Positions 51,898-64,000 of a stretch of DNA of 64,000 nt are shown here, piece after piece. The notes under the pieces were generated by a model. It was given only the letters and a program-made list of their open reading frames with translations, was not told the origin of the DNA and searched no databases. The position numbers and the translations under genes are program-made. Position 1 is the first letter of the stretch, and each line of letters starts with the position of its first letter. Source of the DNA: Lama glama (lineage: Eukaryota); NCBI GenBank assembly GCA_028534125.1, contig CM052818.1, forward strand, positions 33,234,001 through 33,298,000, read 5' to 3'.

Positions 51898-53842
51898 TGA
51901 GGTTTTAGATTTTAGAAGTTGCTTTAAATTGTCAAGTCCAGAAAGCAGATTTGGAACGCTCTGTTGAGGATACTCTAAACTTGATTTCTTCTTCTACTCA
52001 ACAAGAGACTACAGGAATACTTTTGTCCATCTCCATTACACACACACACAGACACCCCCTCAGAGCAGCCACATCTTGCTGAGACAAGTTTTCTTTGCCG
52101 GGGGAACTATAAACTGATAGAAAGAACATTTCCAGAATATCCTGAGGAAAAAGACATGTCAAGGCAAAGGCCCGCAGCCCTGGACTTCGGGCCCCTCCCC
52201 TTCCAGCGCTCTTGTCCAAAGCAGCCAGCAGCGGACCGGGAAGCAGCTGCACGCAGGGTCAGGACCTTGGGGCTAAATGTGGGGGCATGAAACACAGTTG
52301 CATCTTCCCTGCTCTGTGACCATTCAGAGGAAACCCTCCAAACTCTGACAAGAACTTGTATTTTTGATAAGAAAAATGAACACAGTGAAGGTCAAACAAT
52401 TAGAAATAGGGACAACAAGCCCATGTACATCATTGTAGATGCTGTTCTTCAAAGGCCTGAACACACGCACTCCTCTGATCATGCCATCAGATGCCAGGAA
52501 AAAAGGACCACTCGATTCTCTCAAGGATAGGATGCTGGACAGTGTAAACCCACACGCATCCCTCCAACCCCTCCACAGAAAACAAAATGAAAGAAAGCGC
52601 AGCAGAGCCAGGTAATCTTTAGCACGGTTACATTTCCTGAGTTCCTCTGACTTTTTTGCTCCCTTTTGATCACACCCTGAACTAAATTCTGAAGAATATA
52701 TAACATGCTAAGAAAGTCCTTTGCTCTGAAATCATTCGCACAAAGACATCAAGCAGCCCTTGGTTCTAAGTTAGCTGAAGAGAAGAAAATGACATGCATT
52801 TTTAAATCTGAAGAAAATAAGGTCTCAATCTATAATCTTCTTTGACGAGTCTCTTAAAAGTCATTAAACATTTTCAGGTGATACACATACCCTGAAGAGC
52901 CAGCCCTAGTATCGACATAATTTATTAATTAATATGGAATCAGGAGGTGCCTCTAGCAAGGGGTAAATGAAATTCTCAGCCACAGGAGTCCAATTAAAAG
53001 TGAGCACAGGGCACTAAACATGAAAAGCAATTAAAGCAGAATGAGATCTCTCTCTTTCCCCTGCCTTTAAGTGATATTAGTAAGAAAATAGCAACTGCTA
53101 TTAAAAAAATAAAAATTAGTATTTTGGTAAGACTTACTGGACAGAAAAACAAGAGTGGACTGCTTCATCTCTCGACTCCCTAACCAGAGGCACCCCAACC
53201 AATAAATAAGTGATCCTCTCTCCAGAGCAACTCTGTAAATGCACCTGATGGTTGCCCACTTTCAGCAGTGGAGAACTAACCATTTCTGAAGGCAAGCAAG
53301 TGAGGTAAATAAGGAAGCATCTGGGAAAAGCCTTGCAAACTATCAAGCACTATAGGAATATGAGCATCCTACCCCATCTCTCACCATCTGATGGACACGA
53401 CTGCTGTAATTGTATTCCACAGGGTATGTACAGAGATATTCATTGTTAGTGACAGTAGCAAAAGACTGAAAAATGAAAACAACTCATATGCCCATCAACA
53501 AGGATCTAGTTAAATAAACTATGTTATAAACATTCAATGGACACCCCTGGCTTAACAGGGAACCATCTCCATGATGTACTTTCAAGTTTAAAAAAAAGAA
53601 GGCTGCAGCATACTTTGTACAGTATGATATCATACAAGTGACAGAAAAGATATATTCATAGACACTTCTATATTTATGAAGAACACAGATTTGTAACTGG
53701 CTCTCTTCTGGGAGAGGAACAGGAAATCTAGGGGGTCTGGGGATGGAGGCAATATACTTTGCATTGTATATCCTTTTTTATATAGCACTCTACTTAAATT
53801 TTTAAAATTTGTATATCCTTGGATAAACTATTTGATTTTTCT

Positions 53843-54175
53843 TTTTCTTTTTTTTTAACATTTTTTATTGAGTTATAGTCAGTTTACAATTTTGTGTCAA
53901 TTTCCAATGTAGAGCACAATTTTTCAGTTATACATGAACGTACATATATTCATTGTCACATTCTTTTTCGCTGTGAACTACCACAAGATCTTGTATATAT
54001 TTCCCTGTGCTATACAGTATAATCTCATATATCTATTCTACATATACCTGTCAGTATCTACAAATATCGAACTCCCAATCTGTCCCTTCCCACTCCCCCT
54101 CCCCCTTGGCAACCACAAGTTTGTATTCTATGTTTGAGTCTGTTTCTGTTTTGTATTTATGTTCTTTTTTTTTTA
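53843..54175 (-). mobile_element. Young 5'-truncated L1 3' end
   Basis: Poly-T then ttttattgagttatagtcagtttacaat ... cccccttggcaaccacaagtttgtattctatg. Probable 9-bp TSD gatttttct (53834-53842 / 54176-54184). Confidence 0.85.
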
Positions 54176-57039
54176 GATTTTTCTCTAAAAATGTTTTAAA
54201 ATGTGAGAGAGAAGTGAATTTCTTGCAGTTAAATTCTTTTCCTTTATAGCTTCTACTCATTAATCTTTGTATAATCTCTTAGAATCATAAATTACACAAT
54301 AACCAAAAAGCCTGTTAATCTCCCTATTATAGTTGTATGATTCTGTTACAGTTTACAAACATCTAAAAATAACTTTTAAAAATGTGATATACCAATCAAA
54401 CATAAATATATAGAACATAGCTTTTAGCTATTTTAGGGAGGAATCTTTCTTATATTTTAATTGTTCTTTATTTTCAAGCATTAGTAGCTAAGTTAATTAC
54501 TTCAGTGGCAATTAGTGAATGGAATAAACATACAAGAATTAGCTTTTTATATACAAGAATTAAGATCTCTGGGTATCAGAGAAGTCAAAATATTGGTTCT
54601 ATTCTTTAAGGTATTTAAATAACATTTTTCTGAATAAAAAAAGTAGTGCGTGTTCATTGTAGAAAACTTGAAAAATAGAGAAAAACACAGAGGAAAATTA
54701 AAACAATTCATTAGCTTCCAACCCAGAGAAAACCACAATTAATTTTGATGTATAGCCTTTTTTTTAATTTCCAATACATGCAAGTATGTATTTTTACATA
54801 ATTGGAATCAAGCTGCACATGCTGTTTAATAAGTCTGTTTTAATAAATTATCATCCTTACTTATCTTTTGTTTTATAATTTTTGTGCTTATGATGATAAA
54901 ATGCTCATTACTTGTAAAATTTCAAATATAAATTTTTAATTTTAATTTTTGTTTTAGTCTCTCTGACAAATGATAACTGAAACAAACATTTTTATATGAT
55001 TCAAAATTTACAAAGTGAAATAAGTATAAAAGAAATTTAAATAAACTTTCAAAGAATGATTTTTGGAACTCTGAAACATTTATACTTCTGAAGGTATTAA
55101 AGCTTACAATGCACTTCAGACTTTTGGAATGTCCTGTGTTATAAATGTATTTTCATTAATTATTTTTTTAAATGGCTGATAGAACTCTATTGTATTGATA
55201 TGCCACAATATAATTATCCAACCCTTTACTGCTGGATAGTTAATTGTTTATCTGAAGAGGTCACAAAGAATATAAAGATGTCAGTTAAAAAGGCCTCAGG
55301 TTAGATTAGGTTAGACCCAGGTTAGAATCATATTAATATACTGAAATCCTGGAACAATTGATGTGAACCTTTATAAAGTTTTTTAACACTTATTATCACG
55401 TTATCTTTCATGAGTAATAAGCAACAAGTCATCAATATTGGACATACTTAGAGTAAAATTAAAATGTCTCTGAAAATGTAAGTGATTTTTCCCTCTTAAC
55501 CAGACACCTACAACAATTATTAAAGTAATATGTTTCAGGCTGACTTTGTTACCACAGCTTGAAATAAAATTCCAATATATGGCTCAAAAGGGCTCTTAAA
55601 AACTGACCCACAGTCCTTACTGGGGTTTAAAAAGAAGCAACGTTTTCAACAAACCCATAATAAAATTCAGTTATCAGGTCCTCGATGTGAGCAGGAAGAT
55701 AATCAGAAGCCGCACGTGGAGGCAGAGCTACGTCCTTCATCACTTTGCTCAGAAGCCCCACCATACCATGAAGAAAAACAGAGGCATTAGTGTCAAACCA
55801 GTAAGTGACTGAGTAGTAAGACTGAACCCTTACTCATAATGTTGCTGCCTTTCTGAAACTTTGGTTGAATTAACTGATTTGGGGAGAAATGAGACTAACT
55901 ATCTTGGACCATAGGGGAAATTACTAGATCTGTGCCGAGATAGGACACAGAGGGGAAAAATGTGAAGATACTAATATCTTCTTGTCTGCAGCACCATTCA
56001 ACTTCTAGGCAGGTCCTTCAAATCCATTTAAGACACAAGTTTCAGAGATTATAAACTTGCTCAGATCTAATCTTCTTGTCCTCTGAGAATTTTAAACACT
56101 GATAACTTTCAACAATGCATTGGACAAAAAAGGTAATAAAGACATTGGGTCATAAACCCAACCAATTTCATTTTTTTGCACACCCCCACCTTTCAAAACC
56201 TCCAATTGGGGGAGAATTTGAAATAAATGAAAGGAGAAAACTAATAGCCACTAGGAGTGATCATTGCCTGTACAAAGCAGACTGGCAAACTCCCACGATA
56301 CCACACCAGGCCACGTGCAGACTTGTAGAAGTAGCAGGCCATGGCTTAAAAAAGCACCAAACATACTCTGATTACAGACTGTGAGCCTATGAGTGACGGC
56401 CTTCCAAGAAAATCAGATTCTGGATAAATTATTTAAATTTGCTTTAAAGGATACAACTTTTAAAACAGCCAAAGATAGAAAAGATATATTTTATCCATTC
56501 AACACAGGCAGTTCTGATGCTTTATATTAAAATGGTTCACCTCTGTGCTGGAACTTCTTTAAAATTATCTTCCAAGTCTAGATCATAGGAAATCTTCTTG
56601 GTGAAAGTGTGTTACATTGAGTTCCTTGAGTTTTTCTGTAACAAAAAGCCCTTGGATAGGGTCCAAGAAAGTCTTTCCAGGTATTAATGAAAATCCTCAT
56701 TTATTAAGAAAAATAGGAGAATTTGTCTCTAACAGTTACCAGCTGTGTGGTCTTGGGAAAATTATTAACTTTTCTAAGACTTTGCTTCATCACTAGTAAT
56801 AAGAAAGATACTAATGGTACCCACTTCACGGGGTAGAAATGCAGATTAAATAAGACAGCACAGGAAAAACACTTACCATCTGAACATTATTATTTTCTCG
56901 ATTTTATAGGTACTACAGGTTAACTACTTTGGAATATACAGAACAACTAAATCTCAGCCACAAAGTGTTGTCTACCAAAGAGACTTAACACACTGCTTTA
57001 ACAAGTAGATTTGAATGGTCTGTTATTAAATACACAGAT

Positions 57040-57329
57040 TATAGTCATCTAGGACCCCAGCAGATACCAAAATCCATGGATGCTCAAGTCCCTTACATAA
57101 AATGGCATAGTATTTGTATATAACCTATGCACTCCTACCTATATATTTTAATCTCTAGATTACTTATAATACCCAATATATTGTAAATTCTATATAAATA
57201 GTCACCTGCATGGGGCAGATTCAATTTTTGTTTTTTGGAACTTTCTGGAATTTATTCCCCTGAATATTTCAAACCCTGGTTGGTTGAATCCACAGAGGTA
57301 GAACCTGCGGATATAAAGGGCCAATTGTA
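57040..57329. mobile_element. MER2-like TcMar-Tigger element
   Basis: gataccaaaatccatggatgctcaagtcccttacataaaatggcatagtatttg ... ttggttgaatccacagaggtagaacctgcggatataaagggccaattgta. Confidence 0.85.
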
Positions 57330-57424
57330 TTTACAAAATAAATACATTTCTGAAATCCTTAAGTATTCAAAAATGTTTTCCTCTATTAAGCTTCTTAAAT
57401 ATTCTTATGAAACTGTTTCACTAG

Positions 57425-57763
57425 TCATTGGCTTAAACAACAATTTAGAGGCTAGAAGACCATGATCAAGGTGTTGGCAAGGTTGGATTGTTTCTCAGGC
57501 CTCTTTCCCTGGCTTGTACATGGCTCTTTCCTCCCCGTGTTTTCACACGGTCTTCTCTCTGTATGTGTCTGTGCCCTAATTTCCTCTTTTTACAAGGACA
57601 CCAGTCATATGGATTAGGGCCCACACTAATGACCTCATTTTAACTTAATTTTTCCTCTTTAAAAACCCTATTTCCAAATACAGTCACATTCTGACATACT
57701 GGGAGGGGAGTGATTAGGACTTCAACATATGAATTTTGGGGGAACACGATTCAGCTCATAACA
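57425..57763 (-). mobile_element. MaLR LTR (MLT1B/C-like)
   Basis: tacaaggacaccagtcatatggattagggcccacactaatgacctcattttaactt ... gaattttgggggaacacgattcagctcataaca. Confidence 0.85.
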
Positions 57764-57779
57764 CTTGAGTACATAGTTT

Positions 57780-58320
57780 CTCTGCTTAAGAGCCTTTACT
57801 GCTCCTCTGTCCCATTTTCTATAGGACATACTCTAGATCTTTAAACGTGGCATGCAAAACGACCTTAACAACCTGGCTGCCTACCTTACTTTTCCAGCTT
57901 CATCTCCTGTAACTCCTGGTTTTCCACCCTAGATACTGACCCCACTGAACCAATTATCATTTTTCTAACACACTCTTTCATACTGCCTTTCTCTGGATAT
58001 ACTGTTGTCTCTGTCTGGAATACTCTCCCATGTCAAGTACTCTGTGGAGTTATTTTTGATGCCGGAGGCAGAGCCAATTACATTCTACCCACTCCTCCAA
58101 GTACCTTGAACACCCTGCTATTATAGCATGTATCACCTTGAATTGCAATTAATTCTTTACATGTCTTTTTTCTACCACTATACTGGAAATTCCTTGAAGG
58201 CAAGGACCATGCCTGGTTTTGCTCATTACTGATTTCTCTGCACCCAGTGCAGACCTGGTGCACAGCAGGAGCTAAAAAAGTATTTCTTGAATGAAGGAAA
58301 TGAATAAATAAATGAGGAAT
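57780..58320 (+). mobile_element. L2 fragment
   Basis: ccttgaaggcaaggaccatg ... cctggtgcacagcaggagctaaaaaagtatttcttgaatgaa. Confidence 0.7.
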
Positions 58321-60949
58321 GTGAACAAACCAAGAATGAGAAAAGGGTTTAATTTTTCTTTTAATACCTAGTATCGTGGTGTGGTATTCACCAAACTTAG
58401 GATGTGCTTAATACACGATTGCTAAGTAAAATACTGACTTAATCATAGAGAAATCCCGGAACAATGAAAAGATCTGGATTAATTTACTCTAAGAAAAGTT
58501 ATGAAAGCTGATTGTCTTTGGGGTAAAAAGGAAATGGATTTTTAAAAGACTATAAACTTCAGGGAAGAAGCGCCAAGCTACATGTGACAAGGCAATCTGA
58601 GCTCCACTCCGATCCAAGAACAAAGGGTTCCTGGTTTAAGCTATGGAAGGGTCTGTTCCAGAAAGCAGCTGGGCAGAAGTTCCTCACACAAATAGTTCTT
58701 AATGTATGGGAAAAAGGAAAGAGCAAAACAAAACAAGCAAAGGCAGCAAAAGGGAATAATTAGTGTAAACAGTTTTGTGTGTGTGTGTGTTTTTAATGCA
58801 CTGGACAAATCCCAAGAAGAATGTTGTGGGATAAACATCTGTTCACTCAGAACACAAGGGAGCCCCTGACAGGCTCTGTGGCCTGTGTGTGTCCTTATGT
58901 GCCCGAGGTTTATATTTGTGCTTCCTCTGCTCAGACAGCCCAGAAAGTGGTCCAGAAAGAGGCCTCTTCCAGGCCAGACGCACTCCACTAACCCCAGTTA
59001 GGGCTGTGCGGGCCGGCTCTCACTCAGTTGTGTTTGACACAACAAAAACCACATAGAAGGGAGGAACAAATCCCAATCGTGTATACGTGCAGAACTGCCT
59101 TGCTCCATGTGCACAGGTTTCCATCAACACTGTATTTTTACTGCTTGCATTAAAGTGAGCAGACGTGTCACATTTAGAGGGATCAGCATTTGTTTTCCAT
59201 CCCTATGGTCCCTGGTATCAAGACATTAAGTACAATAAGTTGAAAGAGTCTGTTTCCTTGTGCCAGATGTGCCCCTGCAGTCACTGAGTCTAGGAGTTCC
59301 TGTTAAGAAGAGAGGACCATGGGAAAATTCTTCTCCAACTCTGGGATCATCTGGAAGTTTCTGCCTCCCCCGCTGAGCAGGGGTGAGCAGCTGTGGGCCT
59401 AGAGATGAAGCTGATGGCAACACTCTAGCCATTTTCAGCAGGCAGCGCCCTGAGGGAAATGCCCCCAAGCGGTGGGTGGCCTTCTTCCCATTCTCCTGAC
59501 GCTGGATCACCTCACCCTGGAGTCCTGGGCCACCTGGGTCCACTTATATGCCCTCTGACCCAGTTCACCAGCCTAGCCCATCCTACACAAGCCTCACTCT
59601 TGGGAGTGCATGGTATCAAGATGGGGAAAGACTCTGCCTCATCCTTCATCTTTCTTTTGGCCATGGTCAAAACTTCTCTTGCTGAGCCATCCGCTTAACT
59701 TCCCTTTTCCCTTTTGAAGGTCCAGTGAGCTCAGTTTTTTCATTATTCTCTTTCACTACGGCCTTAATATCTAAATCTGGCACTTTATTAAATACCAGGC
59801 AGGGGCGACTGCCTTATGCTTCTCTCCTAGGCCTCTGTTCCTGGCTCCGTGTATCTACACAAGGAGTTTAAGTCGTGATGACTTAAGTTGTGCCCTGATC
59901 ATCTGAGTCACATGGGATTTTTTTCAGATATCCATTTTCTGTGACCTGCCTCAAGTCCTGAAAAAATGCTCTTTCCCATAGACATACAGCTCTCTGCATC
60001 GCCCAGGAGAGCCGGCTACTGCCTTACCCCGTACAGCACAAGAGGCCACATTTAACAGAATTATTTTGAAAGTGGCTAGGTGGGGCTGTTAAGACAACTA
60101 ATTATAAAGCTTACTCCAGTCCACCTACTGAGCTGGCTGGAACAACTACCACCGCTCAGAGCTTCACATTCAGAAGAAGGTCACAGAGAAACCAGAGAAG
60201 CTGCAGGCTGGGAAGGTGTGTGGACAAGAGTATTGGTTTCACCAGGGGGAAAATGCCAGAAACTGACCTAAAGACACAATCCCAACATCCTTTCTTTGGG
60301 ACACCCTACTCTATCTGTCCATATACAATTAAAAACTCCTTGTAAATAAAGGTATTGGGTACCAGTTTTGATTTTCTATAGAACTGTGATTGAAAAAATA
60401 ATTTATTCTTATGGACTGGATGGCTACCCCACAGTTTAATTTTATCTAAAGGGAAAAAAAGAGCTGACATCTCGCAGTTAAACAAGTCTTTGTCACCAGG
60501 GGCCTGTGACACAAATCTCGATATTTTGTGGGAACATGTATAGCTTTTCTTCATTTGTGGCTATAATTGCTGCTGGAGAAGCCCCAACATGTAAAGGTTG
60601 ATGCTTCCGAATGTGCTGAAAGATGCTGGAACTAAACCATGCAATGACAGCTATCAAAATGTCACTGATGCAGTGTCATATTCAGTCAAGATGCTTAAAA
60701 ATTCAAATGTTCAACTAACACTGTTCTAGCCCATGGAAGGGAGAGGAATACCTGGCTGGTGTGTGTGTGTGTGTGTGTCCGGTGGGGGAGGGAGGATGAA
60801 ATGAGTTCATGTGTGTAACAGCACTTAGTAGGGAGCCTGGCTGGAGGAGGCCACACCAGTGAGAGCTCTCATGCCCTGCTGCTCCCTGTGTGTGGTTGTG
60901 AATGGCAGGCACTACCCTCAGCGCTACAGATTTTAACTCAATCCCCACC

Positions 60950-61095
60950 ACCATCCTTATGCCCGTTTCACAGGTGACAAAACTGACTCAGAGAGAGGTT
61001 AAGTAGCTAGTCTGGTATTACCCAGCTCGTTAAGTATTGTTAAGTGGGATTCAAACCCAGGTCTGATTCTGGAGTCTGTACTTTAACCATTACAC
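60950..61095 (-). mobile_element. MIR SINE
   Basis: cccgtttcacaggtgacaaaactgactcagagagaggttaagta ... gggattcaaacccaggtctga. Confidence 0.75.
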
Positions 61096-63269
61096 AAGCT
61101 CTAGTGTCTCACAAGTGTTCTTCTGCAGAAAAGTGATTTACATTTCAAGTGCCTTTTATCTTTACTTTAAGAGTTCAGGTGTGATCCTGAACTAAGAGTT
61201 CAAAGATGGTCCTTTCTTCATCTTGGCCTAAACACTGACTGGGGGAGCATGAAAACACTGAAAGGACATTTCAAATTTCTTAATTTTCTGTTTAAACAAT
61301 TGCCAATCCCTGGCCACCTGAGCATAAATTCAAACGGCTTCATTTGAAAACACTGGTATTCTTTTTGGGAATCGGTAATTGATTGAAGAGATGGTTACAA
61401 TCACTAAGATGTAAACTTATGCTAATTAAGGTACAGGAAACAGTATAATCTAGTGAATTATGTTTGAAATTGAAAGCAAAGAAAAGGATGTCCAAATGCT
61501 TGGTCCTAGATTTATCAGGGTCTATCACTGGCTGTAAGTTAAGCAAAGAAGACATTCCTCAGTTTACCCCAATTGTAAAATGGAAACAGCACCTCACTCA
61601 ACAGATGAGTGGTTAAATTAGCTGCAGCCGTGCCAGCCTGGCATTGAGTAACTGCTGTGCAAGATGTTTTGACCGCAAAAGAACAAACTGGAGGGGGACG
61701 AGTGCCAAGAAGGACACACCCACTCGTGTTCCCTTTTATATTATGAACACAGGGCTCAGCATTGCTCAAGGGGTTTCAGGATAATATCCGGGACAGGTCA
61801 GCCACAGAGCTCTGGCTAACCTGTACTTGAAAAGTGGAAGGAGAGTTTGGGTTCTAAGCGGTTCCAGAATAAAAGGAAGAAGGAGCTCTGAGACACTGAG
61901 AGGTTGGACCAAACCAGACGCTCTTCAAAACTGGGGAAAATAACCGGCATCCCCTCATCTAATCCACGCCTAGTTTCTGCTTTCCAGCTACTTCCGCCCC
62001 AGCTCTTGTCCCCGTCCCCACTGCACTGCTGAAAGCTGATCATCAGCTTCCTCCAGCACCATCCCCAAGCTCATGGAGCCACCCCAAGAACCCTAGGGGT
62101 CACAGAGCAGCCCTGGGGCTCAGACAACTCAAAACAAGAATTACCAACTAGTGTCCCTCCTCCCAAAAGGGCATTGGTTAGACATGTGCTCTCTGCCCCA
62201 CAATGCCATTTCTCAAATGCTTTATAAGCCACTTAAAAAGAAAACTGTGTACCCATAATTCCCTGAAGATGTCTGGCTGGTTTAAACAATTTCTCAGTTA
62301 TGAGCCTTTCCTCTAATGGGGATCTGTTGGAAAGCTGGCTCTTCGTAATTGAAAAATGGGATCGCCACAATTGTAAGCCACCACTAATAAATCCACAGAG
62401 AACCACACCTAAAGGTTTAACTTTGTAGTAGTCTCCAGACATTTGACTAAATAACATTAAATTAAAAGAAAATAGCATGGATAGTAGAAATCTTTCACCT
62501 ACCAGATTCTGACAACCCTTGGACCACAAGTTTCTGTACTTTCCAAACTTTCCTATTCACCACTGTCACCAACACCCACCAAATCACATCCTTCACTCCT
62601 CTGCCCACACTCACTATTTCATTACGAAGTCTCACCTACCTACTGGGGTTTTTTAAAAAAAACAATTTATTATGTCCCTTCCCATGCTCCCTTAATTCAG
62701 TTGTCTGGATAAACGTGCATGTAATATCGGCATGTGCCAGATGCTAGCGCTTGTGCCTCCCCCCAACCCCCCAAAAAGCCATGAAATATTTAGAAAGTAC
62801 CTCCCAGGAGTTCAACTTTTAATTAGGAATAATGGAAGGGAAAACAAAAAAGCACATTTGTGTGGCTGTGTGGGTGGTGACTGTGTGTAGGTGCACGTGT
62901 GTGGGCTCCTTTAAATTGTAGCTTCTGCAGCCCAGCACTGCGGCTGAATGCATGGGGGACAGGCTGTCAGCACCATGTGTGAAGAGAGACACTGACACGG
63001 CTGGCCAGGTGGCGGAGGGGCCTGGAGGGCCTTGGCTACTGCCCAAACACACGGCAGGCTCTGTGCCTGGGGCCCAGCAAAAGAGAACATACTAAACACC
63101 TGGCATCTTCTGAGTTTTTGAGAGGATGTGAAACCCTTCTGGATCGTTACCTTTTACCCAACTGAACTCTGGCACCTGACTGAGCTACAGCCAGGATCAC
63201 CTGTGACTGAACATCCATACTGGTCCCGTCACAGTGCCCAAAAATGCAGGCACACTCTTGCCCCGGGGC

Positions 63270-63625
63270 CTCCTTCACATGTCCCTTCTGTCTGGAATGC
63301 CCCTCCTCTCCTTCACCTCGTCGAAGAGTGTTACTCTTCCTTCAGTGTCCTAATCAGGAGCCACCTCTTCTGTGAGTCCTGGGGCCCTGGAGCAGACAAA
63401 GCTCACCGCTCTCTCGGCTGGGCTCCCGTGGCTCGTGTGCACACCTCCAGCACAGGATCCGTCACACTGTTCAGCTAGTTACTTCTGTGCTCGTCTCTAC
63501 CAGTAACTGTATTCTTGAGGGTCTGGCATCTGCATCCTTACTCCACAACTCCCTAAGTACACCCAAATAGTGTCGGTAGAGTGCCTGGCGTGTGACAGGC
63601 ACTCAAAAAACTGGTAAATGAATAA
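63270..63625 (+). mobile_element. L2 3' fragment
   Basis: cccttctgtctggaatgccc ... gtgcctggcgtgtgacaggcactcaaaaaactggtaaatgaat. Confidence 0.6.
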
Positions 63626-64000
63626 AGGACTATACTTTTTTTTTTAATTCTTAACAAACAGAAACTCCTGAAATGCTTTGACATAAATCAATTCACTCAG
63701 AATATAGGAATTTTAGATCAAATGCTTTCTCCCTCAGCCATTCAACTGAAAAGAGAATTCTGTTCATGGTACTGAAGCTCCAAAGTATGCTTTCCATACC
63801 AGTAAAATTTCCAGGCATGAACTAAAGCAGGATTGAGGCTGCCAGACAGCTTAAACCACAGGTGATCACTTGAAACAGAGAAAGGACAAAGGCATTAATG
63901 AGAATAAACAAAAATTCCCCAACTCTGCCAACTTCTTTTCTATTTAAAAAACCTCCCACAATCCCTATTTAAAAAGTCAAAGTGTCAGTCATGCAATAAT

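Larger units (their letters stand above)
3980..64000 (-). other. BABAM2: 3' part of a very large BABAM2 intron (intron 7 by human numbering)
   Basis: Ends at the AG acceptor at 3981-3980. The preceding exon (ending ...LYLSPRIEH) was not found in the window. Repeat-rich non-coding composition. Confidence 0.85.

Noticed and set aside
51998..52036. Minus-strand ATGGAGATGGACAAAAG (MEMDK), resembling the start of rodent ANP32A
   Set aside because: Similarity ends after 5 residues and a stop follows within 12 codons; no pseudogene body.
62233..62529. 98-aa minus-strand ORF in unique sequence
   Set aside because: No recognisable homology, no convincing donor, and length within chance expectation.
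1..64000. CRISPR arrays, operons, rRNA or other prokaryote-type systems
   Set aside because: The sequence is a mammalian intron-dominated locus; no regularly spaced repeat-spacer array or long ORF is present.

Overview
This is mammalian genomic DNA, most likely camelid: it has three tRNA-derived SINEs of the Vic-1 type and young L1 3' ends. The window lies inside BABAM2 (BRE/BRCC45), transcribed on the minus strand. Two coding exons are recognisable: 3979-3880 (100 nt, (H)[33 protein letters not shown]) and 794-724 (71 nt, [23 protein letters not shown](T)). By my recollection of the human gene these are exons 8 and 9. The remaining ~60 kb (3980-64000) is one large intron in which I found no other BABAM2 exon. 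It is filled with MIR, L2, L1, MaLR LTR, hAT and Tigger relics. Nearly all ORF-track entries are spurious. No prokaryote-type system is present. The best non-routine signals are: (1) an intronic exon-like segment ending in CCACC-ATG|GTGAGT, in frame with exon 9; (2) a TATA/Inr/donor internal promoter candidate ~2.9 kb upstream of exon 8; (3) a recent 150-bp G-rich dispersed duplication with a possible template-switch junction; (4) several cryptic exon candidates, including an antisense pair; (5) a perfect 20-bp X-box-like palindrome. All of these are sequence-only hypotheses. Repeat family names and boundaries were assigned by eye and are approximate.
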